The notes beneath the pieces are model-generated. The model was not told where the DNA came from. It made no database searches and was given only the letters and a program-made list of their open reading frames with translations. A stretch of DNA of 46,180 nucleotides from Catajapyx aquilonaris (lineage: Eukaryota). The stretch is taken from assembly GCA_000934665.2 (NCBI GenBank), contig KZ538173.1, positions 62,001-108,180 of the forward strand, in the 5' to 3' direction. The position numbers and the translations under genes were made by a program. This document shows, piece after piece, positions 14,244 through 28,751 of this stretch. The stretch's first letter is position 1, and every line of letters begins with the position of its first letter.

Positions 14244-14649
14244 ATTTTGGTTGGATATGATCCGGGGACCGCGCATACCTTCTACGCGTTTCCTAGGCAA
14301 CCTGGAGCTCCCGAGCTTTCCCATGGCGTGTGGATCTCGTTGACCCTCTCATACCATGCTAGAATAACATTATCTACATCCCCCCACCCCATACCCCACA
14401 ACAATCTTGCCACCAAGCCTGTTCCACTTGCGACGTTTTGTACCTTGTTTATTGTCCGCCTTATACCCGTGTCCCCAAGTTATTAGACAGCCAAACGAAA
14501 CAGTGGAGTCACCGCTGTGCAAATTGAATTGTCGGGACAAGACTCATGGTTATGTAATGCTGGAAGTGTATTGGGGACGGAAGGTCAATAAGGCCTGTGT
14601 GAACAGCTGTTATGTAAGTGGAACTCAATGTATGTTAGTAAAATAGTTA

Positions 14650-14781
14650 TTTCTTAGTTTGCCTAGTTGCATGTTTCGGTGGTGCCCGGTACCTGTCTCT
14701 GAAAACGTTAAAAAATTATGGACGAACACTGAGTGAGTGAGTTGAATGAGGCCACAGAATTTTTCATTTTTATATATATCG
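14650..14781 (-). mobile_element. Possible 5' fragment of a non-autonomous Helitron-like element
   Basis: The minus strand reads gatatatataaaaatgaaaaatt..., then (CTCA)3 and gtgttcgtcc. This resembles the TATATATAAAA-plus-tetranucleotide-microsatellite starts of arthropod Helitrons. No 3' hairpin or CTAG end was identified, and the lower boundary is uncertain. Confidence 0.3.
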
Positions 14782-17700
14782 GTTGAGAGCACTTCAGAGT
14801 GAGGCATTTCTCCCATCATTGTTAATGGCGCCAATGCGGAAAAATTTCTAGCGATAAATTCCGACGAACTAAGTTAAGCTTAAAAGGATTTTTTGTGATA
14901 AATTCCACTTTCCTTTTACAATTCTGAGTACGTAGAATCACAATTGTGCAATATGTGACCGTAAGTGACATTGATATTTTCATAATATTTTTGGTTCTGT
15001 TACATTCATTCCCTACCACTTTCATGTAACACATCGTGTTGATCTCTCTTTTTTGTAATATTTCAATCGCTTAACTCGTCAACCACCTTAGGGCCCTAGG
15101 TGTATCCAACTGGCATCACTTTTCTGGTACTAGTACCCACCAACCATCGATCTACTTTGACTTTCTATTCCGTTGCTTGGATAGCGATGAGCCCGCCGAT
15201 TTTTGGGCCGAGGGGTGGTTGGATGCAGATTGCAATGGCCAGTTGCCAGCAAGTACCAAAAAAGCACAAAAAGGCCCATCATATGCGTTAAAAAAAAGCA
15301 CTGTCATTCTGACACCACGGATGAGGACGGATTACGCTTCACATCTAGGAAAACTATCACGCAAAATCGTAAACTAGCCAGAGGTGGTTAAACCTGTGAG
15401 GCTTTACTGGCCCTACCAAGCACCTATCATTTCAGAAGCCATATATGGCACACAGACGTGCATCACGTTTCTAAATGTGAGATCAATGTCAGAAAGTGTG
15501 ATTAGCTACTAATTATAATATTCATGAGAAATGAAAGTGGCAAATTAATTGTCACACCATTATGGGTCATAAACTAGACACATTACCCAGAACTGCCATT
15601 TATCTAGGAACAAGCCTTACGCTGCAATAATTCAATGAGTAAAACCTCGCAGCTGAACCTTAAATCTGGTTAGGATAAACGTCGTTCTTAAGCCGATCCA
15701 CCTTTATTACTTCTAATTGTTCCCTTAAAAAAGCAATGAAACTTTCTAAATTAATACGTTCCCAACTTCTTCATGCAAAAGCAGGAATACAGGTGGGAAG
15801 CTTCACATCTGCCACCTACAAAGAGATACCGTTGCGATGAAATTCCGCTCAGGTTAATTAACCCTCAATGGCAAGCTTCGTTTCCTCCCACCTTCTGGAT
15901 ACTCCCTGGAAATTCCGACGAGACAGAAAATTAGGAAAATGAATATAATTCTGAAGTGTTGAAGCGACCTACAAAGTGAAAGGTATGCTGTGTCTGGGAA
16001 AGCTTGAAGAGGATTCTTTTTCATCATTGCTAGTCCACAAAGGTTGCGGATTCTGGCTTAGAGAGTGCATCGGACGGGAGCGGGTGATGTTGCATTTACA
16101 CCTCCATTATTCATAGCCCCAGCTGGAATTCATGCATGAAGTTCAAATTTGATTACCTTGCGCCATGGAATGAGGAATGTGACTCAACTTGGAGCATGAC
16201 GTTTTATTCCAGGTACTGCTGATAATGTACATAAACTCAATTATTTTCAGGCGGACCTACCAAAAAAACACGGAAGTTTTAAGCTTTCTCTAGGGACTGT
16301 CGGGACTGTGGATGGCTTAATTTTTTCTGGGGTATAAAGTGCAGGGGACACTCGGGCTAGGCTACAAAAACAGCTTCCAAAATTGATTACTATCTGGGCT
16401 GTCACCCTCAATACGGACAGCTCTATGGTACCATCGGTGGTGGGGAAAAAATGAAGCTCAAATACCGATTTCAACTTACTTTTGTGCTCTTGCTTGACCC
16501 CACTTCATGGCCATTAATCAGTGAGACTGGGTAAAAACTGCGATAATACCTCTAATTCCACATTTATTTTCATTCCTATAATACAGTGTAGTAAAAAAAC
16601 TGTTAATTCCAACATTGGGTTCACCATGTATTCAAATATATGAATATTTTATTAAAAGCTTTCACAGCATAACTTTGCTTCTTTCCCAGTACCTATGATA
16701 TTCAAAGCGCCTTTACTCGATTAATCGTATCCTTGAAACTTGCTGGAAGCAATTTTACCGCACGCATGAATGAAGAGCATATTATACGCCCCTTCAGCAG
16801 GAAGATGAAAGAATTCCTTCACGAAGAAATATTCAAGGTAGGCTCTCAAAATTAGAATTCCAGCCACTCACTGCAATCCAGTGGGTTTGCTTAGAAAATT
16901 GCCTCTTTCTCAAATACTCCAATCCTAATTTTAAATCATGCCTTTGAAGCCATCTCACCTTCTTTGGCCAGTCAGGTACAAGCATCCCACTTCCATATAA
17001 ACCGAACCGAAGTAAAAGCTAGGACTGATTACTCTTTCATTAGAACCAGTTAGAGTTACCCCCCCCCCCCTCCCCCCAATGGAAACTCTAAGCGCTAAGC
17101 CTCACGGCTCCCCACAGACGTCGATGAATTTTTTAACTATCCAACACGCCATTTCCACCCCTTCTTCATCAACATGGGAGACCCTGAGGCCTTTCCATAT
17201 ATTTCCACGCATACGGAATATCCACTACCGGGTCAATTACTCGTTTAATCGGAAAGAATTTTAAAATATCAGATTATTACAGTTAGATCACTCCTTGCAA
17301 TAATATGTGAATTAGCATACGACAGCAATTTCAATGGCTGTCCTAGACACTCCTTTTGCCGCAGCAGACCAGTCCTATAGAATTCCTAGAGCCAGACCCG
17401 AATTTAAAATCGCAAAAACCACTGAATATTTCAAGAGGTGTAGGCTGACCCGCTGCCAGCGATGATTTTTGTCGTCCTATACAAGATTCGGGAGTCGCAT
17501 GGAAGTAAAAACGTGACCCTATTTCCACTGGAATACACCTGATGCTGGGACTATGGAAGCGTTACTTTCGGGAGAGTAGGCACACAGAAAAAAAAGCGAG
17601 AGGCACTGTTGACGTTTTGATGAATTATCCCATTACAGGGTGAGCTGTCGTACACGAGAAAATGAGGTGATGTAGTCTGTCCGAAACTCTGGAAACATTG

Positions 17701-18340
17701 GCCTCGACGTTTGATGCCCAGATTTATTCTGGGCTAGAATGAATATGTGGCATGCGTATTAACATGGGCTGGAGGGAAAATAACACATGCAAACAGTTTT
17801 GAGGGTACTAAAGTAGATTGCTGCTGTTGGGAGCGGCAATTCTCTCAAAAGCTTGGCACCAAGTCAATGGATGGCGAGACTGATCAATACTTGCTGAACT
17901 GGCTACCTATGTTGTTATAATAATAAATAAATAATGCCAAATTCATACAAAGGCTTGTAATTCATAGAATTCTTTGTGGGCTCTATTTTGTCCGTAGCTT
18001 CTGTAATTGACGGCGATTTCTGTGCTGCCTTGGCCCCAAAAAGCATTCTTCCCCCTCTACTCATTTGCATACTAGGGAACAAAACGAGAATGGATCCCCC
18101 TACCCTCACCACTAACTCCCATCCTGGTCCCCACTCCCTGCCTGCCCCGCCTGGGGGCTGTGCCTGCCGGGGAAAGATGTTCGTTTTGCCCCATTAGTCC
18201 TGCATGGATTAAAAGCAGGGAAATGCTAATGACACCCGACTCCAGCTGATATATATAGGCCTCCCGGGTTATTTCCTACAGCTTCATGCGTCCGAGATTT
18301 GTCACTAGTCCGGCCATAGTGCACTTTGTAATAAAAATTA

Positions 18341-18408
18341 TGTACTGAAACATAAACAAAAGGGGATGTTTCAGTACACAGTGACATGACTGTACATTAA
18401 ATGTACAG
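18341..18408. repeat. Two further perfect inverted repeats adjacent to the 71-bp palindrome
   Basis: tgtactgaaacat (18341-18353) / atgtttcagtaca (18366-18378), 13-bp stem with 12-nt loop; ctgtacatt-a-aatgtacag (18390-18408), 9-bp arms. Confidence 0.9.
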
Positions 18409-18413
18409 AAAAA

Positions 18414-18484
18414 TGGCTCATAATATTATGATCTGTCTGTATATTAAATTTTAATATACAGACAGATCATAATATTATGAGCCA
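18414..18484. repeat. Perfect inverted repeat: 35-bp arms, 1-nt spacer
   Basis: tggctcataatattatgatctgtctgtatattaaa (18414-18448), t, then tttaatatacagacagatcataatattatgagcca (18450-18484), the exact reverse complement. Confidence 0.97.
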
Positions 18485-21400
18485 ATGTTCACCAAGCTCC
18501 GTAATTAAAGAAAACAAATTATCCAAGTTGTCCAAATCAGATCCACAATTCTCATTACCTACCCGTCGCCCCGGAGACGTTCGCCTCATTATGCCACCCT
18601 CGAAAATCTCCGCCAGACAAAATATCCTCCGGCTTTTCAAAACCTCCTTTCTTCCTCCTCCAAGCCATAAGCCCATTTCCAATACTTCTTGCCGAGTAGA
18701 CAAAGTCCTGCTTATTTTCCGCCCGGATCAGCAAACTCTCATGGTAAGAGTAGAGAAAGAGTGGTTGGAGCAAATTTAGTAAACATCTAACTCAAGAGTG
18801 TAAGATTTACTGTACTCATACATAACACCTGAGAGGGCACTAGGCAAATTAAGCTCCCCTTTAGGTTGAATCATCAGTGGTGGCAACCAAAGGGCCACCT
18901 AAGCATGGTTAATCCAATATTCTTTTGACCGCCCGACCATGCCCTATCATTATCTAACCGAGAATAATGCTCTAGACTTTTATTGCAAAAATGTGAGACC
19001 GGGGAGAAAAAAAGGGGTCGGGGAATAAGCGAAGTGCACTCTACCATGGTCGTATATTCCATGGAAGCCTTAACCAGAATCATCCTCTTGATTCGTAGTA
19101 CGAAGATTGAATTAGCAAAGGGCCGCACCACACGAAATAGTCCGGCTTAAAATTTGCATAATCCAACCCAATACCTGAATCTTGGATCGATTTAATTCTA
19201 AGAAAAGTCGGATGAAAACATATGGAATTGCTGTTTATTTAAAAATCAATTTTAAGAAGATCGATTCGGCTGTACCCAAAACGTTGACGGAGTATAAAAA
19301 GGAATTAATTTAGCTGAAGTACACTCTAAGAGAGAAATAATTACAAACTTGGTGGAAAAGCGAGCTGTAATTCCCAACGGGTTTCGTGGCTCTTGGCTGC
19401 AGCCAACCCTATAAATGATGCAATCCATCCCAAAAATACACCTTTCGCCCCCGAAAGAGATTGATTCTCTCTGTAAGCAGAATTCCGGAAACAGTCTGTA
19501 ACATTCGTAGCAAAATAATGTGAAATATACATTAAGCGAACCTGTCAAGACACCCGGCAAAATGTCACTGACGTGTAACCATAAATGGCAGATGGATATT
19601 AAACATAGGGTTTCGCCTAGGGGTTCGCTCAGTCTAAAAAGTCATCGCATGAATCGATACGAAAGCAGTGTCGTATTATTTGCATCCGTTTTGTCCCACA
19701 CTCGAACTTTGGATATCTGGTTTTTATAGCATCTTGAATCAAACCCGAAGGTTCCGTTGTGCAAAATCTTGGCCCGCCCCATGTATCGGATATGAGGTAA
19801 TAAACTCAAAGAAAATCGACGGTCCTAGATGCGGGTTGGCTCGTTTCGTCAATGCGAATGGGGAACTTCTGTGGAATCCAATCTTCGTACTGATATTTGA
19901 TTTATTACGATCTTTCTCAGCTTTCCCTCCCAACACACTTCGTAATAAAATTTTCTCCTTGCTGATAAATAGCATTTCTGGAAAAAAAAGTACCGCATCT
20001 TAATTTCCTCCTACTATTACTCAGGCGTCGTTTACATGCACCGGTGACGCACACAGATGCCTATTTATATGCAAATATAATTGGAATGCAAAAAAAAAAA
20101 GACTGAGTCGATACCGCGTGGAAAATGATTTTCCAGGTTTCCATAGCTACGTTGCCGATGGGAACTATTTAATCAAGCCTGAATCGAGTAGGCCTTTGAA
20201 CTTCCTTGCACACAACCGCACCTATGTGTGTGTTTTGCTACCCCCCCCCCCCCCAACTTTCTAGTTGCATGAATGATATATGAAAATAATTGAAAATTTT
20301 AGCTTGTTGGAATTTCCAGCATAGTCAAACTTGGCATTTGTTTTTTTCCAAAAATGGACAAGTTGGGAAGATGTCTATTTCTGAGTCCTGGAAAGGAACA
20401 GATTTCAGCACTCCAATATCACGACAGAAGGGAAACTATAAATGGAAAACTGAAGGAGGGGAAGAAAAGTTTTTGGCAGGAGAAGCAGCTGCGAGATACA
20501 TTTCTGGCGGAACAGCACGAGTTACTTTTCTTTACACAGCAAACTTTGCTTCCCTTCGAAAATTCCACCGCAAAACTTAAGCTCTTGTTTTACGTGAGAA
20601 AAAAGGAAAAGAATCAAGCCTGATTTTCCTTTCAAAATGGCGTCTCTTTTGTCAGACTCAAAGACAATGTCTGAGACAATGAGAGACTGCGACACCCCAA
20701 AAATGTTCCTGAGACAAGCTAGAAATAGCAATTGACAAGGTCCTTTGTGGAAAACGTCGGATTCGATCGTTACGGGCCCAAAAAATGCTACTCTAATCGA
20801 TTTTCAATGCAGCGTGGATAGGAATATACCACTGGCCTTTGTGCGGTGTAACCAGAGAAACTACTGCACCCTCACATAACTCTACGGATCATTTGAGCTC
20901 ACCACTCTTTGTGCACAATGATAATGCAAGAAATGTTGTTAGCAGCTATTGACTTCCAATCTAAAAAAAATCAGGTCTGCACTGCGGTTTTTTGGATTCA
21001 AAAGATGATGTTCATGCGGATGACACGGTCCATTACACCTGAATACATGCATCGCAAGATTGAATCGCTTCGGATTTTCCACCTACCAAGATATATCCGA
21101 AACCAGTGCAAATCTGGCTTTCTGATCTCAGCAGGAGCTTTGAAATCTAGAGAATCGGCCAAGTTTTTATCCTAAAGAACTGGAACTGAGAGGAATAAAG
21201 AACTGGCCGGATAACAGATGAAGGCTACAGAATTGACCGGTTGTCGATGAAGCTAGCTTTGTTACGCCTATATTTCTTTAGACCTTCGTGCAAACTTTGC
21301 CCGTTTCAATGGCGGTGAGTTTGGAAAGATAATCTCTAGTTCAGGATTCCTCTCCTTGCCCCTCCGATCTGTCTCAGCGGAACGGAACGAATGGAACGAA

Positions 21401-24400
21401 CTCTGCATCCGCAAATTCAATCTCCTCAACTTGGAAACTCAGCTTCCTATTTTTTTTCTTCCGTTTCCGTTCCAGCGGAATGTTACCACCGCTGCGGAAG
21501 ACAAAACAAAACCCCCAGCAGGAGATTATTTACTGCCTTTCCAGAAGGAATATTTTAGATCCTATTTTGGGGAGTGTGTGCTTGGCTTGTGAGTGGTAGA
21601 AATGCGGGTCAGGTTCTGTTACAAATAGGCCTGACCCATGAGGGCAGTCTCCAAAGTACGGTCAAACTTGACAGAAAAACGTTGAATACCGTATAGCATA
21701 CCAGAAGTTAATTTAAATATTTGTCTTAACAAAAAAATCAAGCAACAACATAGCAGCACAAATTGGGCTTTCAAATCAAGTTGTCACTTTGGACTGTAGC
21801 TAACAACATTCCCAAGCTTCCATGTCTATTCATGGCAAATCGGCCAGAGGAAGATTGCAGACTATGGGAAAGCTTCCTACGTCAACGAAAGAACATTCCT
21901 TCTCCTCTCCCGTCTCCTAGGTGATTTGGCTCCGTCTAATTTCCACTTGCCTCCTCTGTCCTTCCCATGGGATATCCTACAGCAGAGAACACTGGCGCAC
22001 TATACACTAAATACGTCAAATTCCCCCCCCCCCCCCCCNCCGGACCGACCTCATATCCATTCATTCTGAAGGCAGCAGGCAGTAGGGTCCCCCAAATTAA
22101 CATGGGCCAGTTATGTTATGCGACCATGAGCTGTACAAAAGAGGACAATGGACGTAGTGAATTTTCAGTTGTGACCAAGCATCGTGGACATTTTAAAGGC
22201 CTGATTCCCTGGTTATCGACATTCAACTAAACGCTCATTGTTGGCCAGCTTTCTGTGTGTAAAGATGATTTATGCGCCAACAATAGTGTGCAGTATTGAT
22301 CGTGTTCGCAAGCTAGAGCGTGAGTTAGGAACAAAACGTGAATGTTTAGCGCAGCAAGCAGTAATTTTATGCAAGCTACGTGCGTGATTGATGGCGGAAC
22401 TTCTGCTACCACCTGTAAATCAGCACCGCATTAATGGTTTTCCGGGGTGTTTATAATTTTGAGTAAGAGAATAACGGACTGACAGGTTCTATCCTCAGGC
22501 AAAGTTGGGTTCAATTACCGTCATAATAATGCAGGCTATTAATCCTGTAATCCTACCCGGACAATTTAAAGTTATCTATATTAAATTGTATTATGCAATT
22601 TGGACCCACCATATCATGCATGGTAGATAATCCCTCTCTAGCCATCGGGTTCAATACTAAAATAGACTTCAATGGCTGAAATCAAATATGACCTATCATA
22701 AAATTTGAACTCGCATTTTTCGTACAAACCCTGCATAAAACCCAGATTTTTTTCGCGTCTTCAATTTAGGTGTCGCCTTCGAAGTCGATCTAGCAAGTCG
22801 CAAATTCTCATGCAATTTCCTCACCCTTAGGCGATCGTGCTGGAAAATCAAAATCGATTTTGTTTCGCTCTCAAAATAAATACATACATAACGATGGATA
22901 CGCTTCAGGCTAGATCTAACATTAACCTGTACTATAAAAAGATGACTCAGAGCATTGACATGACAACGTGTGACATTCACTCGCCTGATGAAGATGAAAA
23001 CTACTTGTTGCTTTTTATCACTCATGGTAACACCCATTTCTACCTGACACCTTCGCTCTTTAATAACCCACTCTTCATAATTAATTTAGCCCACTCTTTC
23101 CAGAAGGTTCATTGAATTGTGCCTTGTGTGTTCCCGTCACTTCACCCGTTTTCCCAGCAGGGTTTGTAATTAAGTGAATTAAATATTTAATATGGGGCTA
23201 CCTGGCCCAATTTTTGCAAGGTCGTACAGTATGCAAAAAGGAATAACTTTTCATCCTCTGCGAACTTCGTTGGAAAATTGCTGGCAAGTAGGGTTATAAA
23301 TTACTTTTATGCCTTATAGGCACAGTTTTTTGAGTGTTTGGATCCTCTTCCTGAGTCGGAAAATAATGCCTGTAGTTACAGACAAGTTTAGTAGGATATT
23401 AATTATTCATAAGGAATTACCGCGCGGTCGATAGGGAGATGTCTGACTGAGCCTAGGCAGCACAGCGAGTCCATCTTTCTCAAGGAAATGGAATAAAGCT
23501 CCCTCAATGTTGCATCATGAGGTTGTGATATTCACGACACATTCTGGCTTCGTGGATGGACTCAGCAGGCTAGACGTCAAGATCAATACTTTAAGAAAAT
23601 TGCAATTACTACACAAGATAAGTAGTTGAGACACAAAATGAAATAGATTTTATATCTCATGTTCTGTAATTGGCACCACGCTATTTATTTATAATAATTA
23701 TAACTCACTCAACATTAACAGGAAGTGAAGGATATTATTGAATGCGAAGAGAACATATGTAGATTTGAATGTTTAAAATAATATAATCATAATAAATAGG
23801 AATTGCACATGAAAAATCATTTACTGCGTGTACGCAAGGGTAGTGATTGATCCATTTTGTGGCTAAAGATGTACATGTAAAGTTTTACTAGCCGTCAGCT
23901 TAAAACAAATATTTTAATACCTGTGTTACTCTCAGTGTTTGTAATTAATTATTGAAGGCAAGCATCTGGGAGACTAATCACTACTGACAATAATTCAGTT
24001 TGCAATTGAGATAACGTATTTTAATAATACTGTATTCGCCCCACCAACTTCAAAAGTGTAAACTCGGCTCGGAACTCCTCGGAATAAGGTATAACCTAAT
24101 TACAGTTGTCACTTCATCTCTGCAGCAAAATGACCTAGATAACCAGCTATTTATATGACATACAGTATATCCTGGACGGTTTGCGTCAGAGCACATTGAA
24201 GAGTCCAACTTATTGTCAATATGTTGATCGAGACACTAACTCCAGATTACTGTCAGATCACTGATATAAAGTCAATCATACGTGCTCCACACACTTGGAG
24301 TGTTTCGTTTAAATAGTATAGGCCTACATGCAGAAATTGGTACCGTATATTACACAAAAATTTTAATCTCTCGATCAAAAAATAATTTGAACGAAAAGAG

Positions 24401-27400
24401 TTGGCCATTTTCGTAGGACACGTTGATTACATTAAATCATATAGTGGAGAATGCAATCAAGAATAATATGTGAGGAATAACAATTTTGATATTACTAATT
24501 TTCATTCTTAATCACAATATATTTTAGAATGATAAATTGCAGAATTACCAGATGAATTACCCATACCAAGAGCTCTTGCCCATACATATCTAATACCGAT
24601 CTGCACTCACAGGATGGATTTACATATTCTGTACCCTGAAATTTTGCCTATCCATCTCAAAAACCGGCGGTTTTGAACTTGCACAAACTAATTGCTGAAT
24701 TTGTCACTCACGCGCCCATTCCATGTCAAATCTACAAAAACCTCACCCTCTCTCACACCCTAATCAGATTACTCAAACAAACACAACTCGCCCACACTTT
24801 CCACAACATCCCACTAAATCACAAAATCAGCCAACTTACCTCCCGTATGGCCACCTTCTCTCACCACATTATACAAAAACCCAACGTATAAATACCCGAG
24901 ACTGTGTCAAACCCCCAGGAAATAAACCCACGTAGCTCGCCTGGCTCGCACTGCCAGACAAATGCAATGGAAATGGCGGGAGAGACTAGAACCGGAGGAG
25001 GGGGGCCTGGAGCTGATGCTACCGGATTCCGGGCCCCGAACTAAGCTTCCTCCCCAACACTAGGTTACCCGGATCCCAATACGCAGGATGGTACATAAAA
25101 AAAAATTCTATCAGAGAACGTCCAGACATAACTAGGATTACCTACATGACATCAAAGCTAATGGGTAGCTCCTAAAAGCTATGGGTGTAATTAATGGGGC
25201 TTGGCAACGTGTTGGAAAAATGGGTGTCAAACTGCCTCCAGAACTTATCTCCAGGCTCCATTCCGGTTTTATCCGAGGTGTGTACCAGTTTTAGGGTAAA
25301 CAACAGGGGTTGGTTGTCAGCATGGATTGAAGAAGAGGACTCTAGGGAGGAAACAATGTCGCGAACAAACTTTTCTGCATTATGAAGATTAATCTAGAGA
25401 CCGGCTCTTAAGGTGGGTTTCTGCTCTAGTAAGCGTGACGTAATCGGAGCACGACAGCTGTCGTGACACAACTTTTGCAAACCTACAAAAAAAAAGAGGA
25501 ACAGTTTAGCTTAAAAACGTGAGCGAAAAATTACTAGCTCTGTAATTACTTTCACATTCACAGTTTCCAACGGGTTTGGCCCTAATTAACCGCCAGTGGC
25601 TAAACATGCATATGATTTCTTCCTAATTGGCTCCGAACGTTGGCTGGTGTTTTTATGTTTGTTCATCTGGTCCAATCTCAGCGTTTTCTCTGATCCCAAA
25701 ATGATTGGGGTGGCCTACAGTAATGGACACCAGGCCACTGTTCGGGATTTACCGATTGGCCAGCCATTTTGGCCTGAAGAGACTTGACCGCACTATTTAT
25801 GCAAATTGCACCAAGTTCCCAACCACTCAAATAACTAGCCCAGTTTTTCAACAAAAAAACGAAAAAAAAATCGTTCTACCATTCATTTTATGCATAATGA
25901 GCATTCGGATCGAAGCGTGAAAATTAACCAATGTGGGTTCTTTCCACCCCTCAAAATTTACCCTGCACCCCCACTTTGCCGTTGGCATATTTCAATATGT
26001 TATCAACGTAAAATTCCAATTTCACCCACATCCGGTAGGAAGAGGTAATGTCAGCATTTTGCATGAAAATCAATATGTGCACGGTACGTGTGAAGTTCTA
26101 GCCCATTCCCACTCGTTTTGCACTGAGGCTGTACATTGTGTTGGGGGTGGAAAACCAAACCAGACTGTCAAATTGTTGGCGGGGACATGTTTTTCTGGTA
26201 GCAAGTCAATACAGCTCGAAACACACAGAGGGGGTCGTGCACAATGCTATTATGGGAGTAAATCGGATGTTCTGCCTGGAAAGAAGCTTTAAAAAAAACA
26301 TCAAACGGATACCAGGACCAGTCTTAGTGCATTCGTTTGTGGAGGATTCTAAAGTAGCGGCTTAGAGTTTGAAGAGGTTGGGTTGTAGAAGAAAACCTTA
26401 AGTAAAGTGTTTTGTCTAAAGAAGTAGAAAGAGTGGTTTTTCTTAAGGAAAAAGGTAATTAGTACTTGTCTTCACTTTCCGTGCTTTCTTACAACATTTT
26501 CGATGAAGGCATGTCAAACTAAAGATGATAAAAACGCTTAAGAAAAGCTGCAATTTGGAAGCTTGCCTAAACCGGCACACTGGCAATAAACCACCCAAAA
26601 ACTTATTTTGGCCCGAGTTAATCTAACTTCTGGAAAAAAAACTACCAACATTTGATTCCAGCAGCCCGAATCTACCCCACCCAGAATAACAAACTTATTC
26701 GAAATTAATATCGCCCAGGTTTCTTCTTATGTGCACATCTACAGAGCCTTTGTTTTCGCTTCAAAGTTCCACTGCAGCTTTTCAAAAGGAAGAATCCAAA
26801 GGAATCCCCAATTGGAAGAACAGTCGCAGTCTGCCGAGATTCAAAATAGACTGCAGCAAACTTGCACAAGAACCTCAGCAATTTCTAGACGTCACTATTC
26901 TCATGAAGTTTCCCCCAAGTTGTCTGCAGAAATTCTCCCAGAGTGAAACTTACGGAAGCAAAACGTTCCAAGGAGGGTTGGTGTCACGAGGACCATCTGA
27001 ATCATTTACAAAGCCTCCCTAGACCTTCCCGGACATCCTCTATTTTGATACCTAATGGAGACACTTTGGGACCTGGAACCGAACCAAAAAGCTTCTACTC
27101 ATTTGAAACTTCAAAAATTCTTGTGCTGAATCGACAGTGTCCAGCTTTGAATTCTGGATATACTGTATGTATAAAAGCAAGTCGGCAAGTGAAAATTGTA
27201 AAGGTCTTGGTTTTGTATAAAAGAGGGGTCAGCGACTTCATTTAGGTGCCGAATCAATAATCCTCCCCTGACCGTCGTTGGTCTCTCTCACCATCGCTTT
27301 TCTATCCCTCACTGCATGAATTGGCGAGTGGACCGTTCATCCCAGAGAGGTTCTCTGGACCCGCAAACATGTTTCCCTAACTGCAGATGGAACGGAACAT

Positions 27401-28751
27401 GGTTATGGCTGACACGTGGACACTGCCCGTTCGGCCAACGGAGCGTGCCAATCCTCTCAACGTAAATTCAGACCTCTACGTTTTTTAAAAACTCAATGGA
27501 CCGTCAGGGGGAAACCTGATTAGAATTTCAAATTGGCGAGACTCGAGTTGCAGCTGTAACTTGCTTAATTAGTCCCTGCTAAATACTACCAACAAAGTGC
27601 ATTAATAAGGGAGTTTAAGTTTGAAGCAAGATTTTATAACTTTCAATTTTAATATCCACATGTAGCAACCCTTCATAAAATTAAAGTTAGAGAACTATTG
27701 ATCATATATTTATTGCACTAACTATTAGTTATTGAACATGAATAATTACAAAATGCACATAATTGTTTACTTTACTTATAATTGTCGTAATATAGTGATA
27801 TCCAATGAAGTCACCTTCAATATCAACTGGCAATGTCTTATTCATAATGCAATAATAAGTTCCTCTTTCTAATACTTATTTAATCGCAATATCTAGGACA
27901 CGTTAAAGGGCAATTCGCAAGTTCGTCCAAACCATAAACTAAACTGTGTGTCTCCCTCGGGCAATTTGCCCTAAGTTTCTTGGCAAGTCTCAAGTGGGAA
28001 AGGAGCAGCCAACTCGTCTCCCGAGCATCACATAGTTTACATCTACAACCTGGCGAGGCAATTATCCGAGCCGGTAGGTCGCATCCATCGGAGTAAAGGA
28101 ATCCGAGTAAGCATTAATGGGCGCGGTGATTCCCTTGCAACTGTCGCGGGAATTTCCTCTCTACCATGGCACTAGCTGATCAAATATTTATCAATACCAA
28201 GGGAATCCGTAGATGTCTCTCTGTCGCAACTCCGGTGGCTTGTCGCATAAATGGAGGATCGTAAGGTGGAAGGGATGAGCCGAAAAGAAGCCATTCGTAC
28301 ACCTGAGGAAGGCCTCAGCTGCCCAACTGTCCAAGCTTTGAATTGAATAGGCGGATCCTACTGTGTCCTAGATTGGTATCGGGTTTAAGAAGGATGGTGA
28401 GGTTTCCGGGGTAGAAATCCGGGTATGGACCGTAGGCATGCTTCTCAACTGGGTGTCCATCTAGTGGTGGCGTCCTGAACTAGTTTCGGGAAGCATCCTA
28501 GCCACCTGGTAACCTAGTTGCAAAACCTGACAAATCTGCCAAAAATCTACACGTTCCACGCACATGCTTGTGGTACTTGCATGCAATCACTTTCTCCCCA
28601 ATTTTCCTAGAGTGCAAGGCACTCGACATAATGTGCTCGAGCATACTAGATAAGTGGGGTTTCATTCGCAAAAGGGGAAGTAAAGTTTGGGTTGAAGAGG
28701 CGGAAGTGCATTTCTTGATTCTCCGGAGCGGAATAATTTCCGGTGGGGGCG

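Noticed and set aside
25450..25465. 16-bp palindrome cacgacagctgtcgtg; also an 8-bp stem hairpin at 43990-44010
   Set aside because: About one 8-bp-arm palindrome is expected by chance in a window of this size
26729..27245. Three overlapping ORFs upstream of the cuticle-like gene
   Set aside because: No recognisable protein and no consistent exon boundaries
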